Shown: positions 7,222-18,451, counted from the stretch's first letter. The stretch: 42,084 nt of DNA from an uncultured Gammaproteobacteria bacterium (GCA_964597575.1 CAZQXB010000001.1:660511-702594); one strand, 5' to 3'. Notes: generated by a model from the sequence alone, not told the origin. Made by a program: numbers and translations.

Positions 7222-8372
7222 ATACGTGCAAATTCTTTTTGAGATGATGGACGATTTGTTCGCTCTGGCGGAATGGAGCGCGAAATGTTTAGTAACATTC
7301 CCACAGCCGCCAGTGCGGTTAAAAGCGCAGTTCCTCCGTGGCTCACAAATGGTAAAGGCACACCGGTGAGTGGTAAAATTCCTAGCATGGCGCCGATATT
7401 AAAGAATGATTGGGTCATGAACCAAATTACGATACCGCTTGCCACATATCGCCCAAAAGCATCCGGAGCACGCTTCGCAATACGAAGCCCTCTCCAGGCA
7501 ATAGCAATAAGAAGTGCAATTACCGCAGCAGACACAAAAAAACCCATCTCTTCTGCCACAATGGCAAAAATACTATCGGCATGCACTTCTGGCAAATACC
7601 CAAACTTTTGCCGCGAGTCTGCGTACCCGAGCCCCCACCACCCTCCGGAACCAACCGCAATAAGCGCATTATACATTTGATACCCAATCGCGTCACTCAC
7701 GTCTCCTCCGCGAATGAGGGCAAAGAAAGACGTGAGACGCCGTGCGGCATGAGGCGCAATAGATGCGGCAATCGCAACTCCGGTTACTCCTAAAAGAAGG
7801 AGGGTCCCTAAGTACCGTAAGCCTACCCCGCCAATAAAAAGCATTCCGAAAATAATTACAAATAAAATACTGGCTCCCCCAATATCTGGCTGAAGCATGA
7901 CCATTGCAATAGGAATTCCAGAAACAATAAGCGCCGGAATAAGCCCCTCTTCGAGGCTTTTCATTTTTTCACCCCGGCTCGCCATAAATGCAGCCAAAAA
8001 AATAATCAATCCAAACTTCGCGAACTCAATAGGCTGAAGCGAGAAACCTCCAATCGCAATCCAGTTTTTGGCAATCGTATTATTGGAAGTTCCAAGGCCC
8101 GGAATAAACACACATGCGAGCATGAGAAGTGTACCAAGAAACACCACCGAACTCATTCGCTGCCAAAACGTATAGGGAATTCGATACATGAGAAAGAACG
8201 CTACCGCACCAGGCAGAACTCCGTACATGATTTGACGGGTAACGTAAAAAAAAGTTTCTTCTTTAAAATACCCCCCGATAGCACCGGCTGAGGTGAGCAT
8301 GAGAAGGCCAAACAAAAGAAGACTCCCGAACATGAGGAGAAGTGGCACATCCATGCGTCCGCGGGTGGCCAT
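7218..8372 (-). CDS. ftsW: SEDS-family peptidoglycan polymerase (FtsW-like)
   Basis: QPIEFAK, QPDIG, GSGGWWGLG, LPEVHADSIF, PLTGVPLPFVSHGG. FtsW vs RodA cannot be settled from sequence alone. Confidence 0.85.
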   Translation of the reverse strand: MATRGRMDVPLLLMFGSLLLFGLLMLTSAGAIGGYFKEETFFYVTRQIMYGVLPGAVAFFLMYRIPYTFWQRMSSVVFLGTLLMLACVFIPGLGTSNNTIAKNWIAIGGFSLQPIEFAKFGLIIFLAAFMASRGEKMKSLEEGLIPALIVSGIPIAMVMLQPDIGGASILFVIIFGMLFIGGVGLRYLGTLLLLGVTGVAIAASIAPHAARRLTSFFALIRGGDVSDAIGYQMYNALIAVGSGGWWGLGYADSRQKFGYLPEVHADSIFAIVAEEMGFFVSAAVIALLIAIAWRGLRIAKRAPDAFGRYVASGIVIWFMTQSFFNIGAMLGILPLTGVPLPFVSHGGTALLTALAAVGMLLNISRSIPPERTNRPSSQKEFARI

Positions 8373-8375
8373 ATT

Positions 8376-8738
8376 TTAGATATTAATACGAACGACAAGA
8401 ATAGCCATGACCAAAAGCAAAATTTGGCAAATACAGGCAACCGTATTCACGATGTAGGCAATCACTAAATCACGCGAAGCCAAGCTCCAGCCGAGGATTC
8501 CGTTCACAAGAAGAATAACGAGCCCGACGAGTGGGAGGGTGTAGACCCGCCACCACTCCCCGATATAGTCCACTCCGAAAAGGACATTATAGTGAAGAAA
8601 AATGGGCTCTTCTACAGGGGAAATAAACCATAAAAGCCAGCCCCACATGGCCAAATTCGCAAGGATGCTTAATGCAAGCGGAATAACCACCGGCAACTGA
8701 CGGAAATAGAGACGAAGCGGGTAGATCGGAAGAAGCAT
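8376..8738 (-). CDS. Small membrane protein of unknown function
   Basis: Three hydrophobic segments, LHYNVLFGVD loop, tightly coupled to ftsW, TATAAT just upstream (8748-8753). Confidence 0.75.
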   Translation of the reverse strand: MLLPIYPLRLYFRQLPVVIPLALSILANLAMWGWLLWFISPVEEPIFLHYNVLFGVDYIGEWWRVYTLPLVGLVILLVNGILGWSLASRDLVIAYIVNTVACICQILLLVMAILVVRINI

Positions 8739-8778
8739 AGTAGCCTTATTATAGCGAAGTCAGAGGGAAAATGCTATA

Positions 8779-8807
8779 TTGACAAAAGTGCTCGGCTGAA
8801 GTATAGT
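8779..8807 (+). promoter_or_regulatory. Near-consensus sigma70 promoter
   Basis: TTGACA-17 bp-TATAGT. Confidence 0.8.
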
Positions 8808-8855
8808 ATCGCGTTCCCTCGCACAAGATTGCAGGGACGGAAAAGGAACCAAAGA

Positions 8856-9434
8856 ATGCAAAGCGCAACTGGCAGTATGGTGGTCAACAAGACCATGGAA
8901 ACCATCTTCGCAATCATCTATGGACCGACGAATCTCACCGAAGCAGTCACCATGGATACGATGGGAGCGCGCGTGGACTCGGTGAGGACGCCGTCGAAGG
9001 CGGTCACCAACGAGCTCATCAGGCGTGGTCTCATCACGATCGACCAATCCAGCGGTACGCCGACCAGGGTCGTCCAGGTCTCACCGGTGACAGGTGACCG
9101 GGTTGAGTTCAGGCAGCATGGCACACAGGTGCTGTGCGACTGGACTGCGAATGGTCCAGAACCGAGCGACCGGCTCATCGACGTTCTCTTCTTCCTCAGC
9201 CCCGACCAGTGCAAGGCAGTCCTGGTCGGATCTCACGCCGCCGAAGAGCGCATCAAGTGGATCACTTGGTGGCGTACGCACGCGGAGCTTTGCCGAATGA
9301 ACGGAGAGCACGGTTTCGGGGAAAGCGGCATGGAAGATGAAATCGAGGCTCACCCCATGGAGAAGTCACGCGAAAACCGCGAACCCGCGTTCGACGGCGA
9401 GGATCAGTTCCCGCTCTTCGATCCGCGGCCCTAG
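8856..9434 (+). CDS. Orphan hypothetical protein
   Basis: Long ORF behind a consensus promoter, AAGGA 8 nt before ATG 8856 (track start 8829), GC-richer than flanks by eye, terminator downstream. No family recognised. Confidence 0.7.
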   Translation: MQSATGSMVVNKTMETIFAIIYGPTNLTEAVTMDTMGARVDSVRTPSKAVTNELIRRGLITIDQSSGTPTRVVQVSPVTGDRVEFRQHGTQVLCDWTANGPEPSDRLIDVLFFLSPDQCKAVLVGSHAAEERIKWITWWRTHAELCRMNGEHGFGESGMEDEIEAHPMEKSRENREPAFDGEDQFPLFDPRP

Positions 9435-9523
9435 GACATCGCGAGAAAAATCTGCCTTCAAAAACGGCGGAAGCTCCGATCACGGAGAAGACCCGCGGAT
9501 CCAACGCGGGATCAATTGGAGGG

Positions 9524-9559
9524 AACCCGGCCACGTTCATCGGCCGGTTTTCTTTTTTT
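9524..9559 (+). terminator. Intrinsic terminator of the orphan gene
   Basis: CCGGCC-loop-GGCCGG followed by TTTTCTTTTTTT. Confidence 0.7.
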
Positions 9560-9561
9560 AG

Positions 9562-9592
9562 AAAAACAAAAGTAGCCCGGTAAGGGGCTACT
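9562..9592 (-). terminator. Intrinsic terminator of rpmA
   Basis: 8-bp stem AGTAGCCC/GGGCTACT followed by a T-run on the minus strand. Confidence 0.75.
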
Positions 9593-9601
9593 ATTTGAAG
9601 G

Positions 9602-9889
9602 TTATTTTTTTGTTGTCGGAATCACGCTGGCATAGGTAACGGTTTTTCGTGAACCATCAAAGCGAACACGCTTCTTAATGGTAAACTTCACCGCTCCTGC
9701 TACCATGGCGAACAAGGTATCATCCTTGCCACGCCCTACGTTTTTTCCTGGCATAATTGGGGTACCGCGCTGACGCACGATAATTGCACCCGCTTGTACC
9801 AACTCTCCGTCACCAACCTTGGTGCCGAGATACTTAGGCTGGGAATCACGACCTAACCTGGTCGAGCCAGCCGACTTCTTGGTTGCCAT
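9602..9889 (-). CDS. rpmA: 50S ribosomal protein L27
   Basis: [22 protein letters not shown]...IIVRQRGT...GKDDTLFA. Confidence 0.97.
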   Translation of the reverse strand: MATKKSAGSTRLGRDSQPKYLGTKVGDGELVQAGAIIVRQRGTPIMPGKNVGRGKDDTLFAMVAGAVKFTIKKRVRFDGSRKTVTYASVIPTTKK

Positions 9890-9905
9890 ATATTCTGTGG
9901 CAAAG

Positions 9906-9995
9906 CCATTATAATCGCCCGAACTTTCGCTCGGGAACCGCCCGCCCCTGCCTCCTTTGACGAGGTGCGTCGTTAACCGTGTCGTTAAGTAATGG
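9906..9995 (-). ncRNA. Candidate structured 5' leader of rpmA
   Basis: Lies between the promoter and rpmA; CCATTA/TAATGG closing stem, TTAAC/GTTAA, CCTC/GAGG and CCCGAGC-GAAA-GTTCGGG stems. No family recognised. Confidence 0.45.
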
Positions 9996-9999
9996 CCTC

Positions 10000-10028
10000 A
10001 GTATAGCGAAGGGTCAGCCCCATGTCAA
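10000..10028 (-). promoter_or_regulatory. sigma70 promoter upstream of the rpmA leader
   Basis: TTGACA-17 bp-TATACT on the minus strand. Confidence 0.8.
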
Positions 10029-10051
10029 GAGGTTCGCCGAGTTTTAGTACC

Positions 10052-10079
10052 AAAAAAGAGCCTTCGAAAAAGCTCTTTT
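10052..10079. terminator. Bidirectional-type intrinsic terminator downstream of the lipoprotein gene
   Basis: AAAAGAGC-loop-GCTCTTTT with A/T tracts on both sides. Confidence 0.7.
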
Positions 10080-10203
10080 ATAGGAAGGCCGGTGCAGGGA
10101 ACAGAACGTTCACTGCTTATGACCGGCCGGAAGGCGACGCGGAATCATACAGAACAGATTCAACTGCGTGCGACTGGTGAGGCTAGAGGACTTGCGGGAG
10201 GCG

Positions 10204-10773
10204 CTACTGCCGGGTGATGTGTACCCACGACTGCCGGTTGCTCGATCCCGTGAATGCGGGCTTGACCACGAATCGAGCAGCCCCTGCAGGAGCAGTTCTG
10301 GCGACGTACTGCTGGGCGGTGAGGGTCATACTGGTCCCCACCTGGACCCCGCTCGAGTCCGTGAAGTAGCAGAGGACGTCGTCTCCCCCCGTGACCAGGA
10401 TCCCCACCCTCACTCCGGCAGAGACCGTCTGGTTGATGTACTTCGGCGGTACCGACAGACCATGCTGGACATCGAAGTCGCCGATGCCGCTCTGGTTGTG
10501 CCGCTCGCACTCGGTGGCGAGCGGACAGCTACCGTTGGCGCAGGTGCTGAGCAGGCCGTAGATCTCGAGATCCCGGATCGGGGCGCCGGTGGCGTAGCTC
10601 GAGATGCTGCAGTTGAGCGGCGGGAACCAGATCGGAGAAGCGGTCTCGCCGGTCTGGATCTCCCCCTGCTCCACGCCGCCGCACGCAGCGACGAACATGA
10701 GGAGCAGGAATGTGGGAACACGAAGGAGGGCCGTGTGCCCCCCGTCCATCATCTTATCCATGGGTTTGTTCAC
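10204..10773 (-). CDS. Putative lipoprotein (orphan, Cys-rich, high GC)
   Basis: Hydrophobic stretch ending in lipobox FVAA-C, followed by GGVEQGE; several further Cys. The start may be one of the downstream Mets. Confidence 0.65.
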   Translation of the reverse strand: MNKPMDKMMDGGHTALLRVPTFLLLMFVAACGGVEQGEIQTGETASPIWFPPLNCSISSYATGAPIRDLEIYGLLSTCANGSCPLATECERHNQSGIGDFDVQHGLSVPPKYINQTVSAGVRVGILVTGGDDVLCYFTDSSGVQVGTSMTLTAQQYVARTAPAGAARFVVKPAFTGSSNRQSWVHITRQ

Positions 10774-10828
10774 CTTCCGCTTGAACTTACGTGACCAACG
10801 CTGGATCTACCGTAAGCAAGCGATAAAA

Positions 10829-10856
10829 AGAATAACTAAATAAAAGAAGAAGTCAA
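10829..10856 (-). promoter_or_regulatory. Possible sigma70 promoter of the lipoprotein gene
   Basis: TTGACT-16 bp-TATTCT in an AT-rich stretch. Confidence 0.4.
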
Positions 10857-10860
10857 TACT

Positions 10861-10891
10861 AAAACCCCCTGACCTGGGAAGGGCCAGAGGG
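10861..10891 (-). terminator. Intrinsic terminator after the 10914-11231 gene
   Basis: GC-rich imperfect stem followed by TTTT on the minus strand. Confidence 0.55.
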
Positions 10892-10913
10892 TCCATGTAA
10901 GCAAGCAAAAAGA

Positions 10914-11231
10914 CTAGGTCATTTTTTCTTTAAGGATGATAGCTGCCATTCGCTTGGCTTCAGCCAGAACCGTATCCCCTTCATATTCCCCGCTGTGTTT
11001 ATTCGATCCTTCGTAGGAGACATGTTTTTGATCTAAATGGAGGTTCACAAAAAAACCAGGAGTTCCTTCCATGAGTTCGACATACACATGAAATCGAGGG
11101 AAGAAATTCATGGTCATTTTGCGTACATAGCTTATTTCTTTGGTATTCGGATCAAGAAACTGAGCATATCCAGCTCTTTGAAGCAGAATACGTGGAGTGC
11201 TTTTATATTGGCCTTCAAAACGGAGTTGCAT
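10914..11231 (-). CDS. Conserved-looking hypothetical protein (CPR-type)
   Basis: FPRFHVYV...LHLDQKHVSYEG..KHSGEYEG pattern I associate with CPR hypotheticals. ATG at 11231 preferred over the track start 11240. Confidence 0.75.
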   Translation of the reverse strand: MQLRFEGQYKSTPRILLQRAGYAQFLDPNTKEISYVRKMTMNFFPRFHVYVELMEGTPGFFVNLHLDQKHVSYEGSNKHSGEYEGDTVLAEAKRMAAIILKEKMT

Positions 11232-11325
11232 ACAAAACAATGAATATACAAAGCGTAATGGTTTTCCTATGAACCGTCAAATTGAAATACGATTGCCGGC
11301 AAAAAAAGTTATCCACTGCCGATTC

Positions 11326-11354
11326 TTGACAACGATTAAATTTCCTGTTATAGT
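11326..11354 (+). promoter_or_regulatory. Near-consensus sigma70 promoter
   Basis: TTGACA-17 bp-TATAGT with a TGn extended -10. Confidence 0.8.
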
Positions 11355-11473
11355 CGAAAACTGTCTTCTTTTTGTTTTCCCTAGTGATAGCGAAAAGAAG
11401 TAAAAAATAACCTTTTTTGCTGCCTCGAAGTGAGGGAGCTGTACCGCACAATGCGGATCTGGAGGATAGAGAG

Positions 11474-12340
11474 ATGGGTGATTCGTTGATGCCTGAGATG
11501 ACGTTCGGTGCCCTCTTGACCACGCTCGTGAGTGAGGTGCTTCAAGACATGGGCAAAGATACTCTGACTCGATACGAGGCGCGTGTCCTCGCAATGCCTG
11601 ACAAGATCAGGGTCTTGAAGGGCGATCTCGTGGACGCCATTCGAACGGCGCTTAATGACGACGCCGATGACTGGAATGGTCATTATTCGTACGGTCAGTG
11701 CGCGCCGATTGAATGGCAGATCGCGAAGATCTCCAGACTCTTCAATGTCAGTTCTGTCGAGGCTCTCGCGTTCGCGAAGAATCTTCCCAAGCTCCCCGAG
11801 GGAGCAGAAGGATGGTTTGCCGTATTGAACCGAGATGCTATGGAGGGTGGGTGGCATGGCTCTGGAGTGAGACGATTGCTTGATCTTGTGCGAGAAGAGT
11901 ATGGTCTCGGCTTTGGTCGCAATGATCTCACAGAAAAGGTACTTGGTGACGGCAAATTCCGTCTTGGCGAGGTGACGAGCAGCAAGCTCCACACCTTGTA
12001 CCAAGGACAGAAGGGTCCGATCGTCATCCTACCTGCCCAGTTTGGTCGAAAGTACGCAAGGATGCTTGCGCTTGAGACCAAAGACTATATGGTGGAAGGA
12101 GAATTTTTGCTAGGTACCTTTGAGGTACTGTGCATGACTCTCACCCATCCGGAACGGATCACAGGATGTTTCCTTCCTGCCACGTGTGGCGGAGAAGAAT
12201 TTCCACTTCCTGTGATCCAGATGTCGGACATGGTGTCTGCTGATAGTCTGGAGGGCGATGGCGCCATTGCGATTACTCGACACGTTCCCGAGGACGAGGG
12301 TACGTGCGGGTGTGTCAGCGGCTTTTCTTTTTCTTTGTAG
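11474..12340 (+). CDS. Hypothetical protein of an uncharacterised CPR-type family
   Basis: GGAGGA Shine-Dalgarno before ATG 11474; LPEGAEGWFA, PAQFG, TLTHPER, C-terminal G..SGF motifs recalled from Parcubacteria hypotheticals. Confidence 0.8.
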   Translation: MGDSLMPEMTFGALLTTLVSEVLQDMGKDTLTRYEARVLAMPDKIRVLKGDLVDAIRTALNDDADDWNGHYSYGQCAPIEWQIAKISRLFNVSSVEALAFAKNLPKLPEGAEGWFAVLNRDAMEGGWHGSGVRRLLDLVREEYGLGFGRNDLTEKVLGDGKFRLGEVTSSKLHTLYQGQKGPIVILPAQFGRKYARMLALETKDYMVEGEFLLGTFEVLCMTLTHPERITGCFLPATCGGEEFPLPVIQMSDMVSADSLEGDGAIAITRHVPEDEGTCGCVSGFSFSL

Positions 12341-12375
12341 CCTTAAGGCTCAAATTGAGAAGGAGGCCGCTTGGG

Positions 12376-12406
12376 AGACCTTTCCATTCGTGGATTGGTC
12401 TTTTTT
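12376..12406 (+). terminator. Intrinsic terminator
   Basis: AGACC..TCCA-TTCG-TGGA..GGTCT followed by TTTTTT. Confidence 0.7.
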
Positions 12407-12466
12407 GTTTACCACCCTTCGGAGCGAAAAAATAAATAGTATATAAGTATTCACACTCGAGAACAT

Positions 12467-12500
12467 AAAAAATCCCCGGACTTTCGTCAGAGGATTTTTT
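12467..12500 (-). terminator. Terminator of the atp operon
   Basis: AAAAAATCC...GAC-GAAA-GTC...GGATTTTTT on the minus strand immediately after atpC. Confidence 0.75.
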
Positions 12501-12510
12501 ATTTCTTTTC

Positions 12511-12939
12511 TTAAATCGTTGGTGGCAACTTGCGATACTTTTTCCCAACTCGGAGCCGCGCCACTTCTCGTTCAAGCGAAGCTTGAATTCGGGCAAACTG
12601 TACATCATCAATATCCTTCTTTTCTTTCATGTATTCTTCAGCACGAGCCCGAGCAGTTTCTGCAGCAGCTAAATCAATATGCTCTGCACGTTCTGCCGTG
12701 TCTGTTAAAATAACAATTTTATTTCCTGCACGCACCTCAAGCACACCTTGCGACACGGCAAGTGGTACATGTGTTCCATCAACTTTCACAAAAACTAATT
12801 CTCCGGCCTTCACCGCACTTACCATTGGCACATGGTTCGTTAAAATAGTGACCTCACCGGATTCGGTAGGCACGGTTACTTGTGTCACAGCATCGTCGTA
12901 GACGACACCATCCGGCGTCACAATAGAAACGTGCATCAT
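12511..12939 (-). CDS. atpC: ATP synthase F1 epsilon subunit
   Basis: VSIVTPDG, PTESGEVTILTNHVP, ILTDTAERAEHID. Confidence 0.95.
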   Translation of the reverse strand: MMHVSIVTPDGVVYDDAVTQVTVPTESGEVTILTNHVPMVSAVKAGELVFVKVDGTHVPLAVSQGVLEVRAGNKIVILTDTAERAEHIDLAAAETARARAEEYMKEKKDIDDVQFARIQASLEREVARLRVGKKYRKLPPTI

Positions 12940-12944
12940 AAATA

Positions 12945-13661
12945 TTATGGAATGAGATCGATACCCGTGATCGTAATTGCTTCAAGTGGATTATCGTATG
13001 GGTCAACTTCTACTCCAGAAATTGCCGAAACAATATCCATTCCTTTGGTCACATACCCAAAATTGGTATGTTTTCCATCGAGCCACGGCGTTGCTTCAGC
13101 AGTGACGATAAAAAACTGAGAACCATTGGTATTTGACCCTGAATTTGCCATAGCCAAGCTTCCTTTTATTAAAGGCTTGGTATTAAATTCATCGACAAAT
13201 TTGTATCCTGGGCCACCGGTGCCATGCATACGGCGGTTCGCAGAATCTTTTGATAATGGATCCCCACCTTGGATCATAAAATCTGGAATCACCCGATGAA
13301 ACGTTGTTCCATTATAGAATCCATTCTGAGCCAAATTCATGAAGTTATTCACGGTCACTGGTGATTCACCGCCATAAAATGTGACGGAGATATCACCCTT
13401 CGATGTGTGAATTACTGCTTTGGTAAAATCCCGAGCTAAATCTTTTTGTTCTGGAAGCATGCGCATAGCGGATGTTGATGGTTGAATTAAAGGTTCTGGA
13501 GTAGGAGTTTTTGGTAACTCGTTCGGCATTTGTGCATTTTCTGAATACCCTTCGGTGGTGGTTTTTGGTGCTTCTTTATCCTGACTCGGTGGAAAAAAGA
13601 GATACAATCCAACAAGGACAACGATCCCAAGGCCCACAAGGGCACCGCGCCAAAAGGTCAT
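12945..13661 (-). CDS. Membrane-anchored cyclophilin-type peptidyl-prolyl isomerase
   Basis: N-terminal TM helix, Pro/Thr linker, [41 protein letters not shown]. Confidence 0.93.
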   Translation of the reverse strand: MTFWRGALVGLGIVVLVGLYLFFPPSQDKEAPKTTTEGYSENAQMPNELPKTPTPEPLIQPSTSAMRMLPEQKDLARDFTKAVIHTSKGDISVTFYGGESPVTVNNFMNLAQNGFYNGTTFHRVIPDFMIQGGDPLSKDSANRRMHGTGGPGYKFVDEFNTKPLIKGSLAMANSGSNTNGSQFFIVTAEATPWLDGKHTNFGYVTKGMDIVSAISGVEVDPYDNPLEAITITGIDLIP

Positions 13662-13671
13662 ACAAGAAAAA

Positions 13672-15940
<2,269 letters not shown>

Positions 15941-15946
15941 ACAAAA

Positions 15947-17446
15947 TTAAACTTTGGCAAATTCTTTGCACGCTTCTTTTAAACCACCCTCAACCTCCTC
16001 ACTCCATTCTCCGGCAGCAATCTTTTCAAGAAGGGTAGATTTTGCACCGCGCAAAAAGGAGAGAAACTTTTCCTCCGCAGCTTTGATTTCTGCCACTGGA
16101 ATGGAATCAAAGAAACCATTACTGATAGCGTAAATACCAGCCACTTGTTCTTCCACCGGAACCGGTGAGAATTGAGGTTGTTTCAAATACTCTGTCATGC
16201 GCTGACCACGATCAATTTGTTTTTTCGTATCAGCATCCAAATCACTCGCAAATTGGGAAAAGGCCTCAAGTTCACGAAACTGCGCCATGGAAAGTTTTAA
16301 TTTTCCGGCAACTTTTTTCATGGGTTTTGTTTGCGCTGAACCACCTACACGAGAAACAGAAATACCAATGTTCATGGCTGGGCGAACACCGCGGTAGAAC
16401 AAATCGGTTTCAAGAAAGATCTGACCGTCGGTAATAGAAATCACGTTTGTTGGAATGTAGGCTGACACATCCCCGGCTTGTGTTTCAATAATTGGGAGAG
16501 CGGTAATTGATCCACCACCGTGTTCTTTATTTAAGTTACATGCACGTTCAAGTAAACGAGAGTGAAGGTAGAACACATCACCAGGGTATGCTTCACGACC
16601 GGGTGGACGGCGAAGTAAGAGCGACATTTCGCGGTATGCCCAAGCTTGTTTTGTTAAATCATCGTACACAATCAAAACATCTTTTCCTTGATCAGCAAAG
16701 TATTCTGCAATGGCAACACCTGCATAAGGAGCCAAAAATGACATTGGAGCAGGTTCAGATGCACCCGCAACTACGACGACTGAGTATTCCATAGCACCGG
16801 TTTCTTCCAGTTTCCGAACGACACGAGCCACTTTGGAATCTTTTTGACCAATGGCAACATAGATACAGATCATGTTTTTGCCTTTTTGGTTGATGATCGT
16901 ATCAAGCGCAATCGCGGTTTTTCCTGTTTGGCGGTCCCCAATAATAAGTTCACGTTGACCACGACCAATAGGAATAAGAGCATCTACGGACTTTACCCCC
17001 GTTTGTACTGGACGGTTGACTGGTTCACGGCTCATGACCCCCGGAGCCACACGTTCTACTGGGTAGAATTTTTTTGTTGTAAATGGCTTTCCGCCGTCGA
17101 CTGGAGCACCGATCGCATTCACCACACGACCAATAAGCTCGTCGCCAACTGGAACCGACATAATACGACCGGTTCGCTTCACTGTGTCCCCTTCTTTAAT
17201 TCCTTTATAATCCCCTAAGATAATCGCACCGACAGTTTCTTCTTCAAGGTTGAGCGCGATACCCAGGGTACCATCGGCAAACTCTAACATTTCCTGTGAT
17301 TGACAGTTGGAAAGCCCGCTCATGCGAGCGATACCATCACCAACAGAAACAACGCGGCCGGTTTCTTCAACATGAACTTCTGTTTTGAAGGCTGCGATTT
17401 GCTCTTTAAGAGCGGTAACGATTGATTGAGTGTTTGACATAGGCAA
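15947..17446 (-). CDS. atpA: ATP synthase F1 alpha subunit
   Basis: [38 protein letters not shown]. Confidence 0.98.
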   Translation of the reverse strand: MPMSNTQSIVTALKEQIAAFKTEVHVEETGRVVSVGDGIARMSGLSNCQSQEMLEFADGTLGIALNLEEETVGAIILGDYKGIKEGDTVKRTGRIMSVPVGDELIGRVVNAIGAPVDGGKPFTTKKFYPVERVAPGVMSREPVNRPVQTGVKSVDALIPIGRGQRELIIGDRQTGKTAIALDTIINQKGKNMICIYVAIGQKDSKVARVVRKLEETGAMEYSVVVVAGASEPAPMSFLAPYAGVAIAEYFADQGKDVLIVYDDLTKQAWAYREMSLLLRRPPGREAYPGDVFYLHSRLLERACNLNKEHGGGSITALPIIETQAGDVSAYIPTNVISITDGQIFLETDLFYRGVRPAMNIGISVSRVGGSAQTKPMKKVAGKLKLSMAQFRELEAFSQFASDLDADTKKQIDRGQRMTEYLKQPQFSPVPVEEQVAGIYAISNGFFDSIPVAEIKAAEEKFLSFLRGAKSTLLEKIAAGEWSEEVEGGLKEACKEFAKV

Positions 17447-17449
17447 GTG

Positions 17450-17836
17450 TTAGGCCGTAAGGCGTTCTTTTAAGAGGTCGAGTTTCGTTCGGACCGTGGC
17501 ATCGAGAACCATTTCTCCTGTCGCCACCTTTACTCCTCCGATGACGCGTTCTTCTACGCTTACTGTGGTTTCTGTTTTTTCTCCGAAGGTACGCGCAATG
17601 TGTTCTATTTCTTTTTTATCAAGCGTCCGTGCCGTAGTAATATGAAGCGCGACGACTCCTTCTTGTTCTTTCGCATAGGTCTCGAACTCGCGAATGATGT
17701 AAGGGGCTTTGAGAAGTGCTTGTTCCCGGTGGAGAAGCTCCACAAAGGCACGCATCGCCTCCTCTTCTTTCTCTTTGGGAATGTCTGAGAGCAGTTCAAA
17801 GAGAATTTTGGCGTATTGTTTTGGCAATCGAGTCAT
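17450..17836 (-). CDS. atpH: ATP synthase delta subunit (short, 128 aa)
   Basis: Position between atpF and atpA; KQYAKILF N-terminus and VIGGVKV...VLDATV C-terminal motif. Confidence 0.88.
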   Translation of the reverse strand: MTRLPKQYAKILFELLSDIPKEKEEEAMRAFVELLHREQALLKAPYIIREFETYAKEQEGVVALHITTARTLDKKEIEHIARTFGEKTETTVSVEERVIGGVKVATGEMVLDATVRTKLDLLKERLTA

Positions 17837-17844
17837 AGAAACAA

Positions 17845-18429
17845 CTACGCTTTAGAAATTTCTTGGAGCGCTTCCTCGACCAACCGTTTATCGGTTTCTG
17901 TATCAAGTGCTTTTCCTAAAAGTTTTTCTGTAATCGCAACGGCGATTTGCGCTGTTTCACGGCGAAGTGATTCTCGCATGGCTTTTTCATCAATCTCAAT
18001 ATTTTTCTTTGCCTGAAGAATAAGAAGATCAATTTCTTTTCTTGCCTTCTCCTGCATGCGCTCGCCAACAAGTGCGGCTTCACCAGTTGCTGCTTCCATA
18101 ATTTTATTCGCCTCAACTTTAGCAGCATCGGTTAATTCTTGCGCCTTAGCAACAGACATTTTTAAATCAGTATCTGCTTGCCGCGCCTTATTGAGACCGT
18201 CGTCAATAACACGACGGCGCTCATCCATCGTTTTCATGAGCGGGCGCAAAATAAGAAACCAAAGAATGCCGAGAACCAGGGCAAAATTGATAAACTGAAA
18301 AGCAAGAAGTTGACCGTCAATACCCAAAGACCCAAGCACACCCGTATCATGAGCTTCACTTTCTGTGGTTGTGTGTTCCGAACCAAGCGTTGTTCCTTCA
18401 GCTGCTGCTAATTTAGAGTAAGTATTCAT
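17845..18429 (-). CDS. atpF: ATP synthase Fo b subunit
   Basis: LGIDGQLLAFQFINF single TM, RPLMKTMDER, long charged helix. Confidence 0.93.
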   Translation of the reverse strand: MNTYSKLAAAEGTTLGSEHTTTESEAHDTGVLGSLGIDGQLLAFQFINFALVLGILWFLILRPLMKTMDERRRVIDDGLNKARQADTDLKMSVAKAQELTDAAKVEANKIMEAATGEAALVGERMQEKARKEIDLLILQAKKNIEIDEKAMRESLRRETAQIAVAITEKLLGKALDTETDKRLVEEALQEISKA

Positions 18430-18451
18430 AGGTATCTAATACATCAAGGCA

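Noticed and set aside
9906-9995. Assigning the rpmA leader to a known riboswitch, SRP or 6S RNA
   Set aside because: I could not match the conserved cores of c-di-GMP, ZTP, SRP or 6S RNAs by eye; left unassigned.
9524-10128. Shared GGCC...ACGTTCA...GGCCGG words in the 3' regions of two orphan genes
   Set aside because: Short, differently spaced, and on opposite transcript strands; compatible with chance in GC-rich hairpins.
10168-10794. 208-aa plus-strand ORF opposite the lipoprotein
   Set aside because: Arg-rich shadow ORF expected in high-GC DNA; promoter, lipobox and terminator all favour the minus strand.
11309-11317. DnaA-box-like TTATCCACT as an origin signal
   Set aside because: Single mismatched box with no cluster or unwinding element nearby.
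11215-12081. Minus-strand ORFs 11215-11523, 11277-11594, 11381-12004, 11695-12081
   Set aside because: They overlap a divergent promoter region or are antisense to the better-supported 11474-12340 gene.
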